Positions 19,102-27,417 of a stretch of DNA of 36,792 bases are shown piece by piece. Where the stretch lies: contig JBDTZG010000052.1 in the NCBI GenBank assembly GCA_040005235.1, positions 1 to 36,792 of the forward strand, in the 5' to 3' direction. Numbering within the stretch: the stretch's first letter is position 1; the number at the start of each line of letters is the position of its first letter. The notes below the pieces were generated by a model, which searched no databases, was not told the origin of the DNA, and was given only the letters and a program-made list of their open reading frames with translations. Made by a program: the position numbers and the translations under genes. Source of the DNA: Acidobacteriota bacterium (GTDB taxonomy: Bacteria; Acidobacteriota; Thermoanaerobaculia; Multivoradales; UBA5704).

Positions 19102-19659
19102 ATGTCCGATTCCGACGATCCGAAACCGCCACCCAACGCTTTTGATCCCGACTTTCTGGAAGCGCTCCGAGGCAAGGACGATCCTCCCGGCGCGGTCGAA
19201 GCCGAGATGGACGGCGAATGGTTCGTCGAAGCAGGTCCGACCGGCGGCTATGCGCTCTATCGGAGCTGGCAGAGCCGAATCGGTGGCCATCGTCCGGTGG
19301 CATTGTTCACTCGAATAGAAGACGCACTGCTGGCCGCCGCCGTTCGCCCGGCTGCAGGCTGTGATCCATTGTTCGTCCAGGATACCGAACCGACCGCCGA
19401 CGGTTATTTTCTGCTGCGCGCCCTGCTCGACTCTCTGCGACCTCCGTCCGTCGTGGGCGCTCTCTCCCACCTCGAAGATTCGATGCTCACGGCCCTGAAC
19501 CTCGCCGCCTGGCTCGCCCGGCACCCGCTTGCGCTTGCCCTGATCCTCGAAGCGGGCGGACCGACGACGATCCAAATGACCGGCGAGATCCTGCATTTTC
19601 GCTTGACCGGCCGCATGGAGGATCGCGCAGGGGGAAGCCCTGCGGGCCGAGTAGGTTAG
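19102..19659 (+). CDS. Hypothetical protein
   Basis: GGGAG RBS; 185 aa with protein-like composition (NAFDPDFLEAL...EAEMDGEW...ALLAAAVRP...LARHPLALALILEAGG). Confidence 0.75.
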   Translation: MSDSDDPKPPPNAFDPDFLEALRGKDDPPGAVEAEMDGEWFVEAGPTGGYALYRSWQSRIGGHRPVALFTRIEDALLAAAVRPAAGCDPLFVQDTEPTADGYFLLRALLDSLRPPSVVGALSHLEDSMLTALNLAAWLARHPLALALILEAGGPTTIQMTGEILHFRLTGRMEDRAGGSPAGRVG

Positions 19660-21341
19660 GGCGCCGTCCCCAGCACCGCCCTCTCGACCCTCGCGGTCGA
19701 GCCCTGCGGCGACATCGTGCCGTAGCAGGTCCAGGTCTGGGGCGGCGGGACTCTGTCGATCGGAAAACGTTCCGCCGTGGTTGAAGCCAGGCGCGCGGGG
19801 TCCGACAGATCGAACAGCACCGCTTCGGCTCGGTTGAGAGTGAGGTCGGCGGCCGGGGCGTGAAACGCATCGAGCGGACGGCCTATGGTTCCGAGATAGT
19901 TGAGCAGCATCCCCCGCTCGTCGAAACCGAATGGGCCGGAGCCGTGGGCGAGGAGAATCCAGACCCGCGCCCGCCCGCGTTCGGCGTCCACTTGACGCAA
20001 TAGATCGCGCGGATTGGCCCGGTCGCAGATCGCGACGCGGACGTCTCCGGTCCATGGGATCGACTTAGAGTAGTACTCGTACGCCTGGCCCGCGCCGTAA
20101 TAGACCCACAGCGCGTCGCCCGGCGCATGCCTCTCCGCGACATGCTCCAGGACCGGGCGCAGGTGCTCCGGCATCCAGGACGGCGGCTGGCTCATCAACG
20201 TCCAAGCCGCGGCAGGTAGAAGGAGGAATGGCAAGTAGCGGGTCGACGGCCACCGACCGAGATCCCCAAGCTGCTCCGCTCCCGCGACCAGGGCGAGCAA
20301 GAACAGGGGCAAGAGGAAAAGGCAAAGGCGGGCGTTCCACGGGTAGGCCTGGGCCGCGGAGGCGACGAGCGCCAACCCGATCGGACCGATTACCAAAGCC
20401 CCGAGAAAGGCGTTGCGGACGCACAAGCCCACTCCGCCGATCAGGACGAGCAGGGCGAAAAGCGCCGGCCAGGGGTAGTGGAGCGATCCGTCGAAGGCGG
20501 TGGGATTCGCGACCCCGAAGACGTTCTGAACCGTCGTCCCTAGCCAGGTCAAAGCTCCGGGGACCGGCAGAAATCCGGGCGACCAGAAGCGATGGAGATA
20601 CGCCTGATCCAAGGGCGATAGGACCGACCGTCCGTGGGCGAATGTCGAGAGAACCGCGACGGCCCAGGTCGCGACGAGAACCGCACGCGGCCCGCGATCC
20701 GGCAGGCGGCGGACGAAGGCGTCCACGAGCAGCACGGCGCCGGCCGCAGTGACCATAAAAACCGCGGCCTGCGAGAAGAACAGAGCCAGGGCGACTCCGG
20801 CGGAGTATCCGAAGACGCCGCGAGCAGAAAGCTCCGATCGGCCTAGGCGCAAGGCGAGCCCAAGCACCACCAAGGTCATCGCGACATCGGTCGAGTACTG
20901 CTTCAGGTCGGCCGCGAAAAAGATCAACGGGGCAGCGAGCGAGAAAAAACCGGTCGCGACGATCGCTCCGCCCGGTCGCAGGATGGCGCGGGCGACGAGG
21001 TAGAACAGCGGCGGTCCGGCGAGACCGGCGAGCAGCGGTACGAGACGCAGGGCATATTCGGAGCCGCCGAACAGGCAGGCGGAAAGCTTTACGCCGAGGA
21101 GGAAACCGGGCGGCGCCACCTGTCCGTAGTCAAGCGCGCCGAAGAGGTGCGCAAAACCGCGATCGAGCACGTTGCGCGCGACGGCGGCCTCGTCCACCCA
21201 GAGCGACGGGTTCGCGAGGTACTGCCACAAGCGAAGGCCGACGCCGAGCAAGACCACGGGCAGGGCCACCCACCGCCATCCGGACTCCGGGGTAAGCAGG
21301 GGGGAGAACGCCTCGGAGGTTCGCCGGTGACTCAGGTCCAC
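19656..21341 (-). CDS. GT-C fold membrane glycosyltransferase (GT39/PMT-like)
   Basis: GVGLRL...SLWVDEA, APPGF, GSEYALRL and LKQYS motifs; multiple TM helices and a C-terminal periplasmic domain. Confidence 0.85.
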   Translation of the reverse strand: MDLSHRRTSEAFSPLLTPESGWRWVALPVVLLGVGLRLWQYLANPSLWVDEAAVARNVLDRGFAHLFGALDYGQVAPPGFLLGVKLSACLFGGSEYALRLVPLLAGLAGPPLFYLVARAILRPGGAIVATGFFSLAAPLIFFAADLKQYSTDVAMTLVVLGLALRLGRSELSARGVFGYSAGVALALFFSQAAVFMVTAAGAVLLVDAFVRRLPDRGPRAVLVATWAVAVLSTFAHGRSVLSPLDQAYLHRFWSPGFLPVPGALTWLGTTVQNVFGVANPTAFDGSLHYPWPALFALLVLIGGVGLCVRNAFLGALVIGPIGLALVASAAQAYPWNARLCLFLLPLFLLALVAGAEQLGDLGRWPSTRYLPFLLLPAAAWTLMSQPPSWMPEHLRPVLEHVAERHAPGDALWVYYGAGQAYEYYSKSIPWTGDVRVAICDRANPRDLLRQVDAERGRARVWILLAHGSGPFGFDERGMLLNYLGTIGRPLDAFHAPAADLTLNRAEAVLFDLSDPARLASTTAERFPIDRVPPPQTWTCYGTMSPQGSTARVERAVLGTAP

Positions 21342-21461
21342 ACGCCGTACAGGGTAATCAACAACAGCACGAATCGATAGCCGAGGGCGATGAAACCGAC
21401 CGCCCTGGCCTCGCCGAGCTCGCCAGACCGAGGGCGAGAGCCGGCGAGGTTCGGGGTGACC

Positions 21462-22793
21462 CTAGTTCCCCGCTCCGGCGCCGGGCTGGAATCGAACCTC
21501 GGGCTGGTAACGAGCCTCCTGCAGGTAATCCCGCAGATCGCGGACCAGGGCCTCGGTCAGGATCTCCTGCTGCACCGCTTCCTGGAATAAGCGCAAGGCC
21601 GCGAGAGCCTCGCGGTGAATGTCCTGCGAAGTGAAGATGGGCAACATCTCCCCGATCAATTGCCGCACGACCTCCGGCTGGCCCGCGCGCAAGGAAGCCA
21701 GGGCTAAGTCGAGCGAAACCAGCGCCGCGTCGTACCCTACTCCTGCCGCAATAAACCCGTCGCGGACCGCCGCAAAATGATTCCTTGCGACGTCTAGGTC
21801 TCGCTCTGCGGCGGCAATCCGCCCGCGAATCCAGCCATATCGCAGGTGCATCAAGGGCTCCCCGATCGAGGCATGTCGCGATTCGTCCTGATCGAGAATA
21901 TTCCTTGCAGCTCGCAAATCCTTCGTATCGCACAACGCCCGAGCCAAATTGATCCGAGCCCAAAAATACAGTTTCAGATCGTCAGCTGCCGCCGCGTTAT
22001 GTGCGACTTCGCGAGCTATGCGCAAGGCCTTGAGAGGCTGCCCCGATTCCAGGAACAATAGAGAACGTGTGACGTCAACCCGAGCGACATCGGCCAGCGC
22101 GCCCACCAGGCCATAGAGAATCTTCGCTCGGTCCAGCAACCTCTCAGCCTCAGCGAAGCTGCGGCGGTTCAAGAAAAATGCCCCCTCGAGGTGGTCAATC
22201 CGCGCGATCACTGATGGATCGGAGACGTTCGAAAGCTGGGTCAACGCACGGCTCCGATCGAGAAGCTCACGGGCACCTCTGCTATCGGACCTCAGCCGCT
22301 GTGCGTTCGCCATCTCCGCCAGAGCTAGTGGAACCAGACCGTTGGTGAGCTCCGAACCGGTGAGGCGGTCAGCAACGTGGAAAGCCAAGTCGGCAAAATG
22401 AAAAGCGACCGCATGGTCCGAATGCACGTAACGCCGCGATTCGGCCAACAGGAGGCGAACCAAGGCCGCACTGCGGTACCTAACGCGAGAACGAACAACG
22501 CGAGCCAACCGCCTTTCCGATTCGAGGGACAGAAGCAGCCGCAAATCTTCGGCCGCCCCTACCTCCGCCGCAGCGATCCGTTTGAGCTGGTCCTCGAAGA
22601 AGCCGGGAAGGCGTGCCTCGAAATCGCTTCTCACCGCGATCATCTTCTCATTCTCCCAGGCCTCCCACTCCGCGGCGCAAGTCGGGCACAAACAACGAAG
22701 GTGCTCCAGACCGATACGGACCAGGACCTGAGGCTCGATCTCTCCCTTGGCAATCGCACGCAACAATTCACGACTCAGGTGGATGTCTCGCAT
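21462..22793 (-). CDS. TPR-like helical repeat protein with N-terminal HxxxxCxxC motif (paralog C)
   Basis: IHLSRELL...EHLRCLCPTC; AEMANAQRLRSD; TPR-like repeats; C-terminal YDAALVSLDLA...IFTSQDIHREALAALRLF homologous to paralog A. Confidence 0.88.
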   Translation of the reverse strand: MRDIHLSRELLRAIAKGEIEPQVLVRIGLEHLRCLCPTCAAEWEAWENEKMIAVRSDFEARLPGFFEDQLKRIAAAEVGAAEDLRLLLSLESERRLARVVRSRVRYRSAALVRLLLAESRRYVHSDHAVAFHFADLAFHVADRLTGSELTNGLVPLALAEMANAQRLRSDSRGARELLDRSRALTQLSNVSDPSVIARIDHLEGAFFLNRRSFAEAERLLDRAKILYGLVGALADVARVDVTRSLLFLESGQPLKALRIAREVAHNAAAADDLKLYFWARINLARALCDTKDLRAARNILDQDESRHASIGEPLMHLRYGWIRGRIAAAERDLDVARNHFAAVRDGFIAAGVGYDAALVSLDLALASLRAGQPEVVRQLIGEMLPIFTSQDIHREALAALRLFQEAVQQEILTEALVRDLRDYLQEARYQPEVRFQPGAGAGN

Positions 22794-22914
22794 CCTCCTC
22801 CCCCTCATTGGAGATTGGCCATGTCTTACTGTGACAGTGCGCAAAACTCAAGTTTTGGGACAGTCAAAGAGCGGGCAGATGGTCAAAAGTGGCCTGCCCG
22901 CCCTTTCTCAGCCC

Positions 22915-23157
22915 TCAGCTAACGCACTTTTGAACCCCGGTCGGATCGGCTCCACAGCCCGCGTCCACCGTTGGCGGCGTATTTCCAGCGTCTTCGGCAG
23001 CTCCGAACAGGGCCGACACGAGCTCGACGAGGCAACTCCAAGGGTTCCATCCGGAGCTTCTGAAACTCGTGCCGCGAGCCGGAAGAGCACCGGCTGCCGC
23101 GGGGACCATCAAGGCGAGGACCAAAAGCGCTGCGACCCAACGAAATCCATGACGCAT
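22915..23157 (-). CDS. Small secreted pre-pro-peptide with core DAGCGADPTG
   Basis: AGGAGG RBS; signal peptide MRHGFRWVAALLVLALMVPAAAGA; Trp-containing amphipathic segment GWNPWSCLVELVSALFG; PPTVD linker; 80 aa. Confidence 0.8.
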   Translation of the reverse strand: MRHGFRWVAALLVLALMVPAAAGALPARGTSFRSSGWNPWSCLVELVSALFGAAEDAGNTPPTVDAGCGADPTGVQKCVS

Positions 23158-23315
23158 AGCAGAAACCCTCCTAAGCACGAGCGCGATCTCTCCTGCCCCC
23201 CAATAGGGCGGAGGCCGCATTTGGTACTTTTGGCTGCGCTCGTTATGGGTACGCTACGCCTGGGTTGCCTCGAAAGGAAGTAGCCAAAGAAATCGAGCAA
23301 AAGTTATTGCCGAAA

Positions 23316-24563
23316 TCAATCGATAGCGGCGACAAGGGCATCGATCGTCCGATCGATCTCTTCGACGGTGTTGTAGTGGGCCATCGAGATCCGCACCACG
23401 CCCTGCCGTTCGGTCAATCCGAGCGCTTGCACCAGCCGGCGGGAATGAAAATCGCCGTAGCGGATGCCGATCGAATGTCCGTCGAGCGCGGCGGGAAAAT
23501 CGGAGGCGTTCCGTCCCTCCACGGCAAACGACACTGTAGCCACCCTGCGCGCGGCGTCGCCTTCCGGCACTCCCAGGATCCACACGTCGCGCCGTTGCCT
23601 GAGGAAAGCGAGCAGCCGTTCGGCGAGCGACCCTTCGTGCTCGGCGATCGCGGCGAATGCCGCCGCGCGGAGACCGGCCCCGTCGCCTTCGCCGCCGGCC
23701 CGCCGCCCGACCTCGTCCAGATACTCCTTGATCGCGGGGAGAGATGCCGCCAGCTCGAAATTGGCGTTGCCCGGCTGGAGCTTGTAAGGGATTTCCTGGC
23801 GGCCGATGAACGCGTGGTTGACGTTGGCGAGCCCCTCCAGCCAATCGTGGCGGACGAACAGCGCTCCCAGATGGGGACCGAAGATTTTGTAGAGGCTGGC
23901 GACGTACGCATCGGCCCCCCACGCGTCGACCTCCACGTGGCGGTGGGGGGCGAACGCCACGCCGTCCACGATCGCCCGCGCGCCCGCCGCGTGAATCCGC
24001 TCGACGATCTCCCTTACCGGATGGATCGTACCGAACAGGTTCGAAACATGCGGAAAACAGACCCACCGGGTGCGGGCGGAGAGCAGCGGCTCCAGCTGTT
24101 CCGGCACCAGGGCCAGAACCGACAGGTCGGTCTTCCACCAGCGCACCACGGCGCCTTTTTCGGCCAGCCCCAGCCAGGGAGTCACGTTGGCTTCGTGATC
24201 GCAGTCGGTGACGACCACTTCGTCCCCCGGTTGCAGATCCTCGCCGATCGAACGGGCGAAGTTTTGGAGCAGCTGGGTGCTCGAACCGCCGAGGATCACC
24301 TCGCCGGGCGTCGAGCCGAACAGCTCCGCCGCCGCCGCCCTCCCGGCCGCCACCCGCGCCGCCGCCCGGCGAGACGGCTCATAGGTCGCGCCAAGCTGGA
24401 CGTTGGTCGTCAGCAGATAGTCGCGCACCCGGTCGGCGACCGTGGCCAGGGTCTGAGAGCCTCCGGCATTGTCCAGATAGACCCAGTCGCCGAGGAGCGC
24501 CGGAAACGATCCACGGACGAAATCCAGATCCAGCGCGAGCCGGGCGGGAGGAGATAGGACCAT
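23316..24563 (-). CDS. Class V PLP-dependent enzyme, cysteine-desulfurase-like (lacks the catalytic Cys)
   Basis: AAGGAG RBS; YLDNAGGSQ, DHEANVTPW, VDGVAFAPH, SLYKIFGPH (PLP lysine), VRISMAHYNT. Confidence 0.88.
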   Translation of the reverse strand: MVLSPPARLALDLDFVRGSFPALLGDWVYLDNAGGSQTLATVADRVRDYLLTTNVQLGATYEPSRRAAARVAAGRAAAAELFGSTPGEVILGGSSTQLLQNFARSIGEDLQPGDEVVVTDCDHEANVTPWLGLAEKGAVVRWWKTDLSVLALVPEQLEPLLSARTRWVCFPHVSNLFGTIHPVREIVERIHAAGARAIVDGVAFAPHRHVEVDAWGADAYVASLYKIFGPHLGALFVRHDWLEGLANVNHAFIGRQEIPYKLQPGNANFELAASLPAIKEYLDEVGRRAGGEGDGAGLRAAAFAAIAEHEGSLAERLLAFLRQRRDVWILGVPEGDAARRVATVSFAVEGRNASDFPAALDGHSIGIRYGDFHSRRLVQALGLTERQGVVRISMAHYNTVEEIDRTIDALVAAID

Positions 24564-24719
24564 GAAAAGTGCTCCTTTGAAGGATTTATCGGATTGTAGC
24601 CGAGCCGGAAAACCTCTGCCGGTTGTGACGGCGAAAGGACCCACCACGACCGGCTGTGCCGTCGCCAACTCAGCACGGCTGAAGCGCCTTCGGAATCTTA
24701 TTTCTCGGCGTAAATCGTC

Positions 24720-24748
24720 TTGACTTACGCCTCTGTTACGCCTATCGT
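24720..24748 (+). promoter_or_regulatory. Sigma70-like promoter containing a TTACGCCT direct repeat
   Basis: TTGACT (24720-24725), 17 nt spacer, TATCGT (24743-24748); TTACGCCT at 24725 and 24736. Confidence 0.5.
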
Positions 24749-24809
24749 TCTTCCTGTCACGAGGACCCAATACCGAACTGGCATGAGGTCCCCGCGGGAG
24801 GCAATTCCA

Positions 24810-25361
24810 ATGAACGACCGCTCCTCTCCTCTCTTCGATCGGCTCGGTCGAGCCGTGCGCTGGCTGCGCGAGCGTCAGGGCAAGAAACAGTACCTCGTGG
24901 CGGATACGGCGGGCGTCACGAAAGGCATGCTTTCCGCCTACGAAACCGGCCGACAGAAGCCATCTCTCGAAACGCTGGAAAAGCTGCTGACGGCGCTCGG
25001 CTGCGATCTTCACGATCTGCACAACGCGATTCAGATCGTCAACGAGCGTCCCGAGGGAATTCGCCGCTCCGGCTTCGGCGGCTTCGGCTCTCTCGGAAGC
25101 CTCGGCGCCTTCGAGCTCTACCCCACCGGCACGCCGGGTCCGCGGCTGGAAATCGCCGAACCGCACCCACCGGGCAGCCAGGGCGGCTATGGCGGCCCTG
25201 ATGGCGACCTGCTCGATGTCGGCCGGCTGCTCGGCATCGATCGCGCGCTCGAAGAGGAAGAGCGGCGGGCGCTCGAAGAGATCGTCGCCGGCTGTCACCG
25301 GCTGGTACGCCACCTGCATCGCGCCGTCGAGGAACGCAGCAGCCCCCGAACCGCGAGCTGA
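24810..25361 (+). CDS. XRE family HTH transcriptional regulator
   Basis: GGGAGG RBS; LGRAVRWLRERQGKKQYLVADTAGVTKGMLSAYETGRQKPSLETLEKLL. Confidence 0.9.
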   Translation: MNDRSSPLFDRLGRAVRWLRERQGKKQYLVADTAGVTKGMLSAYETGRQKPSLETLEKLLTALGCDLHDLHNAIQIVNERPEGIRRSGFGGFGSLGSLGAFELYPTGTPGPRLEIAEPHPPGSQGGYGGPDGDLLDVGRLLGIDRALEEEERRALEEIVAGCHRLVRHLHRAVEERSSPRTAS

Positions 25362-25404
25362 TACTCTCGCCCCGGGGCTCTGCCAGCTTCTCAGCGAGGT
25401 ACTC

Positions 25405-26079
25405 ATGATTCGACTCAACCACCGTGCCGCCCTTCGGCTCTCCTTCGGGGGAGCCTCGATTTTCTTGTCTGCGATGGTGGTGGCCGCAGCGTCATCGCCC
25501 TCACCCCCAACACCGCAAAAACAGCCGCCCTCCCAGCCCTCCGCCACCTCCACGCCGACCCGAACGCCGGCCCCCGGCGCTTCGGACCGGACCGCCAAGG
25601 CCGCCAAATATTTTCTGGGGCAGCTCGACCCGGCCGATGCGATCGTCGTCGGCAAGGCGACCGGCCTCAAACCGGGAACAGTGGAAGACGCTCCGGTGTC
25701 GTTGGTGACGTTCGCGGTGAGCCAAACGGTCCGGGGCAAGGCTGCACCGGAAATGGAGATCGTCGTGCCCCGGACGCTCATCCAATCGGGGGGGATCCTG
25801 CTCGAAACCGGTTCGCAGGATCAGCCGCTGCTCAGCGTCGGAGAAGAGGCGCTGCTGTTCGTGAGCCGCTATCCGGATCGCGACAACTCGTACTCCATCC
25901 TGGCGGGCAACTTGGGAAAGTTTCTGGTGATGACGACCGCCGAAGGCGAAAAGCGGGCCGAGCGCTATCTGCTGGCCGGCCCCGTCGCCGGAGGAGTGCC
26001 GCTTTCGACCCTGATCACCCAGATCCGCTTGGAGCTAAAGATCCCGGACGAGAAGGCCGCCCCTCCGAAGCCCCAATAG
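25405..26079 (+). CDS. Exported hypothetical protein
   Basis: GAGG RBS; hydrophobic N-terminal signal, Pro/Thr linker, beta-rich domain (ADAIVVGK...VTFAVSQTVRG...GEEALLFV). Confidence 0.7.
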   Translation: MIRLNHRAALRLSFGGASIFLSAMVVAAASSPSPPTPQKQPPSQPSATSTPTRTPAPGASDRTAKAAKYFLGQLDPADAIVVGKATGLKPGTVEDAPVSLVTFAVSQTVRGKAAPEMEIVVPRTLIQSGGILLETGSQDQPLLSVGEEALLFVSRYPDRDNSYSILAGNLGKFLVMTTAEGEKRAERYLLAGPVAGGVPLSTLITQIRLELKIPDEKAAPPKPQ

Positions 26080-26095
26080 GGTTAACTGCCAGGAA

Positions 26096-26836
26096 TCAGC
26101 CGGCGCCGTCGAGTTTGCCGACCGCGAGCCCGAGGAACGAATAAATGCGGCGGACGTAGCCGCGCGTCTCGCGATAGGGCGGAACGCCGCCGTAGCGCTG
26201 CACCGCCTGCTCCCCCGCGTTGTAGGCGGCGAGAACCCGCGCAAGGTCGCCCGGGAACTGCTCGATCAGGAACTTGAGGTAGCGGACCCCGGCTTCCAGG
26301 TTCTGCTCCGGTTCGAACAGCCGCTCCGTGCGAACTCCGAATCGCTTCGCCGTCGCGGGCATCAACTGCATCAATCCGCGCGCGCCCTTGCGCGACAGGG
26401 CGCGCGGGTTGCCTGACGATTCGGCGCGAATGAGCGCCGCAATGACGCTCGGGTTGACCTGGTGTTTCCGGCCCGCCGCGAAGATCTGTGTGCCGTAAGG
26501 GCCCGAGGGGATCTCCTGGCCCTCTTCGAAAGCGAGCGCCACGGTGGGCTCCGCCGGCTGATCGGGAGGCGGTGGCGGTCCGACCGCCACCACCGGCAGC
26601 TCCGGCTCTTCGACCTCGTCGTCCACCACCCGCTCCACCCGGTCAATCGGCAGGGTGAGCCGGCCGCCGTGGGAGAACGTCAGCTCGGCGCGGTCGTCGT
26701 CCGAGACCTCGAACGCCTCGACTTTGAGCGTGCTACCGTCGGTCAAAACTACCAGCTCGGCGCGCGCGGACCCCGCCCCGGCGAACGAGGCGGCGAGAGG
26801 CACCAGGAGCAGGAGCTGGAGAGGAATGCGCTTCAC
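26096..26836 (-). CDS. Lytic transglycosylase (SLT domain)
   Basis: ALIRAESSG (catalytic Glu), GARGLMQLMPATA, LAAYNAGE and PPYRETRGYV motifs; signal peptide. Confidence 0.93.
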   Translation of the reverse strand: MKRIPLQLLLLVPLAASFAGAGSARAELVVLTDGSTLKVEAFEVSDDDRAELTFSHGGRLTLPIDRVERVVDDEVEEPELPVVAVGPPPPPDQPAEPTVALAFEEGQEIPSGPYGTQIFAAGRKHQVNPSVIAALIRAESSGNPRALSRKGARGLMQLMPATAKRFGVRTERLFEPEQNLEAGVRYLKFLIEQFPGDLARVLAAYNAGEQAVQRYGGVPPYRETRGYVRRIYSFLGLAVGKLDGAG

Positions 26837-27026
26837 GGCGACGTATTCTACGGCTTAGCGGGCCAAAGCGTCGCATCCGGCCGACTCCGGCCAAGGCCCC
26901 GTCAAAGTCGAGCAATCGTCCACGTGGGGACTGTTTCGGTTTCGGTCTTCGCGGCGGAGCGTGCCGAGCTGGAGGAGAGTCGCGGAGATTCGGTCCGATC
27001 CGAGCTCTCGGCCCAAAATCGGCGAT

Positions 27027-27176
27027 CCCGCGGCAGGGATCAGCGTTTCTTCGGCAGGGACCAGCGTTCCTTGGGCAGGGATCAGTGAATTTGGCTCAAA
27101 TTGGTTGGTCCCGCGGCAGGGACCAGCGTTCCCTCGGCAGGGATCAGTGAATTGGCCCAAATTCGTTGGTCCCGCG
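27027..27176. repeat. 21-bp GGCAGGGA(T/C)CAG repeats with a ~62-bp higher-order duplication and hairpins
   Basis: GGCAGGGAYCAG at 27032, 27053, 27074, 27115 and 27136; 27053-27114 is nearly repeated at 27115-27175. Confidence 0.85.
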
Positions 27177-27417
27177 ATTCCGGTGAGCGCCCTCCCCTCG
27201 GGGGCACAAGGGGGGAGGACGCCTCCGCGCTCTAGATGCCCTGCCGACTTTGGCGGGGCCCTGGGGCCAAGGGGGGCCAAGGGAGAAAATCGGCTGAGCC
27301 GCGGAGGGTTGGGCCTTTTTTGTGTACTCTTAGCGCTTCCTACCCACCCAGGTAGGCGAGCCCCGCCCCAACGCGCGTTGGATCACCGACTGGGCTCGGT
27401 GTAGCTTTCAGTGCGGA

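Noticed and set aside
11500-23300. Prophage or integrative element
   Set aside because: Despite the XRE regulators, I found no integrase, transposase, phage structural gene, tRNA or att-like boundary.
24564-25781. N-terminal extension of the 821-aa ORF 23316-25781 (and similarly 27896-29176 of the 870-aa ORF)
   Set aside because: The extensions overlap other real genes; RBS or stop-start coupling and family homology place the starts at 24563 and 29177.
27027-27176. Mini-CRISPR
   Set aside because: The intervening sequences are themselves duplicated and too short, and there are no cas genes.
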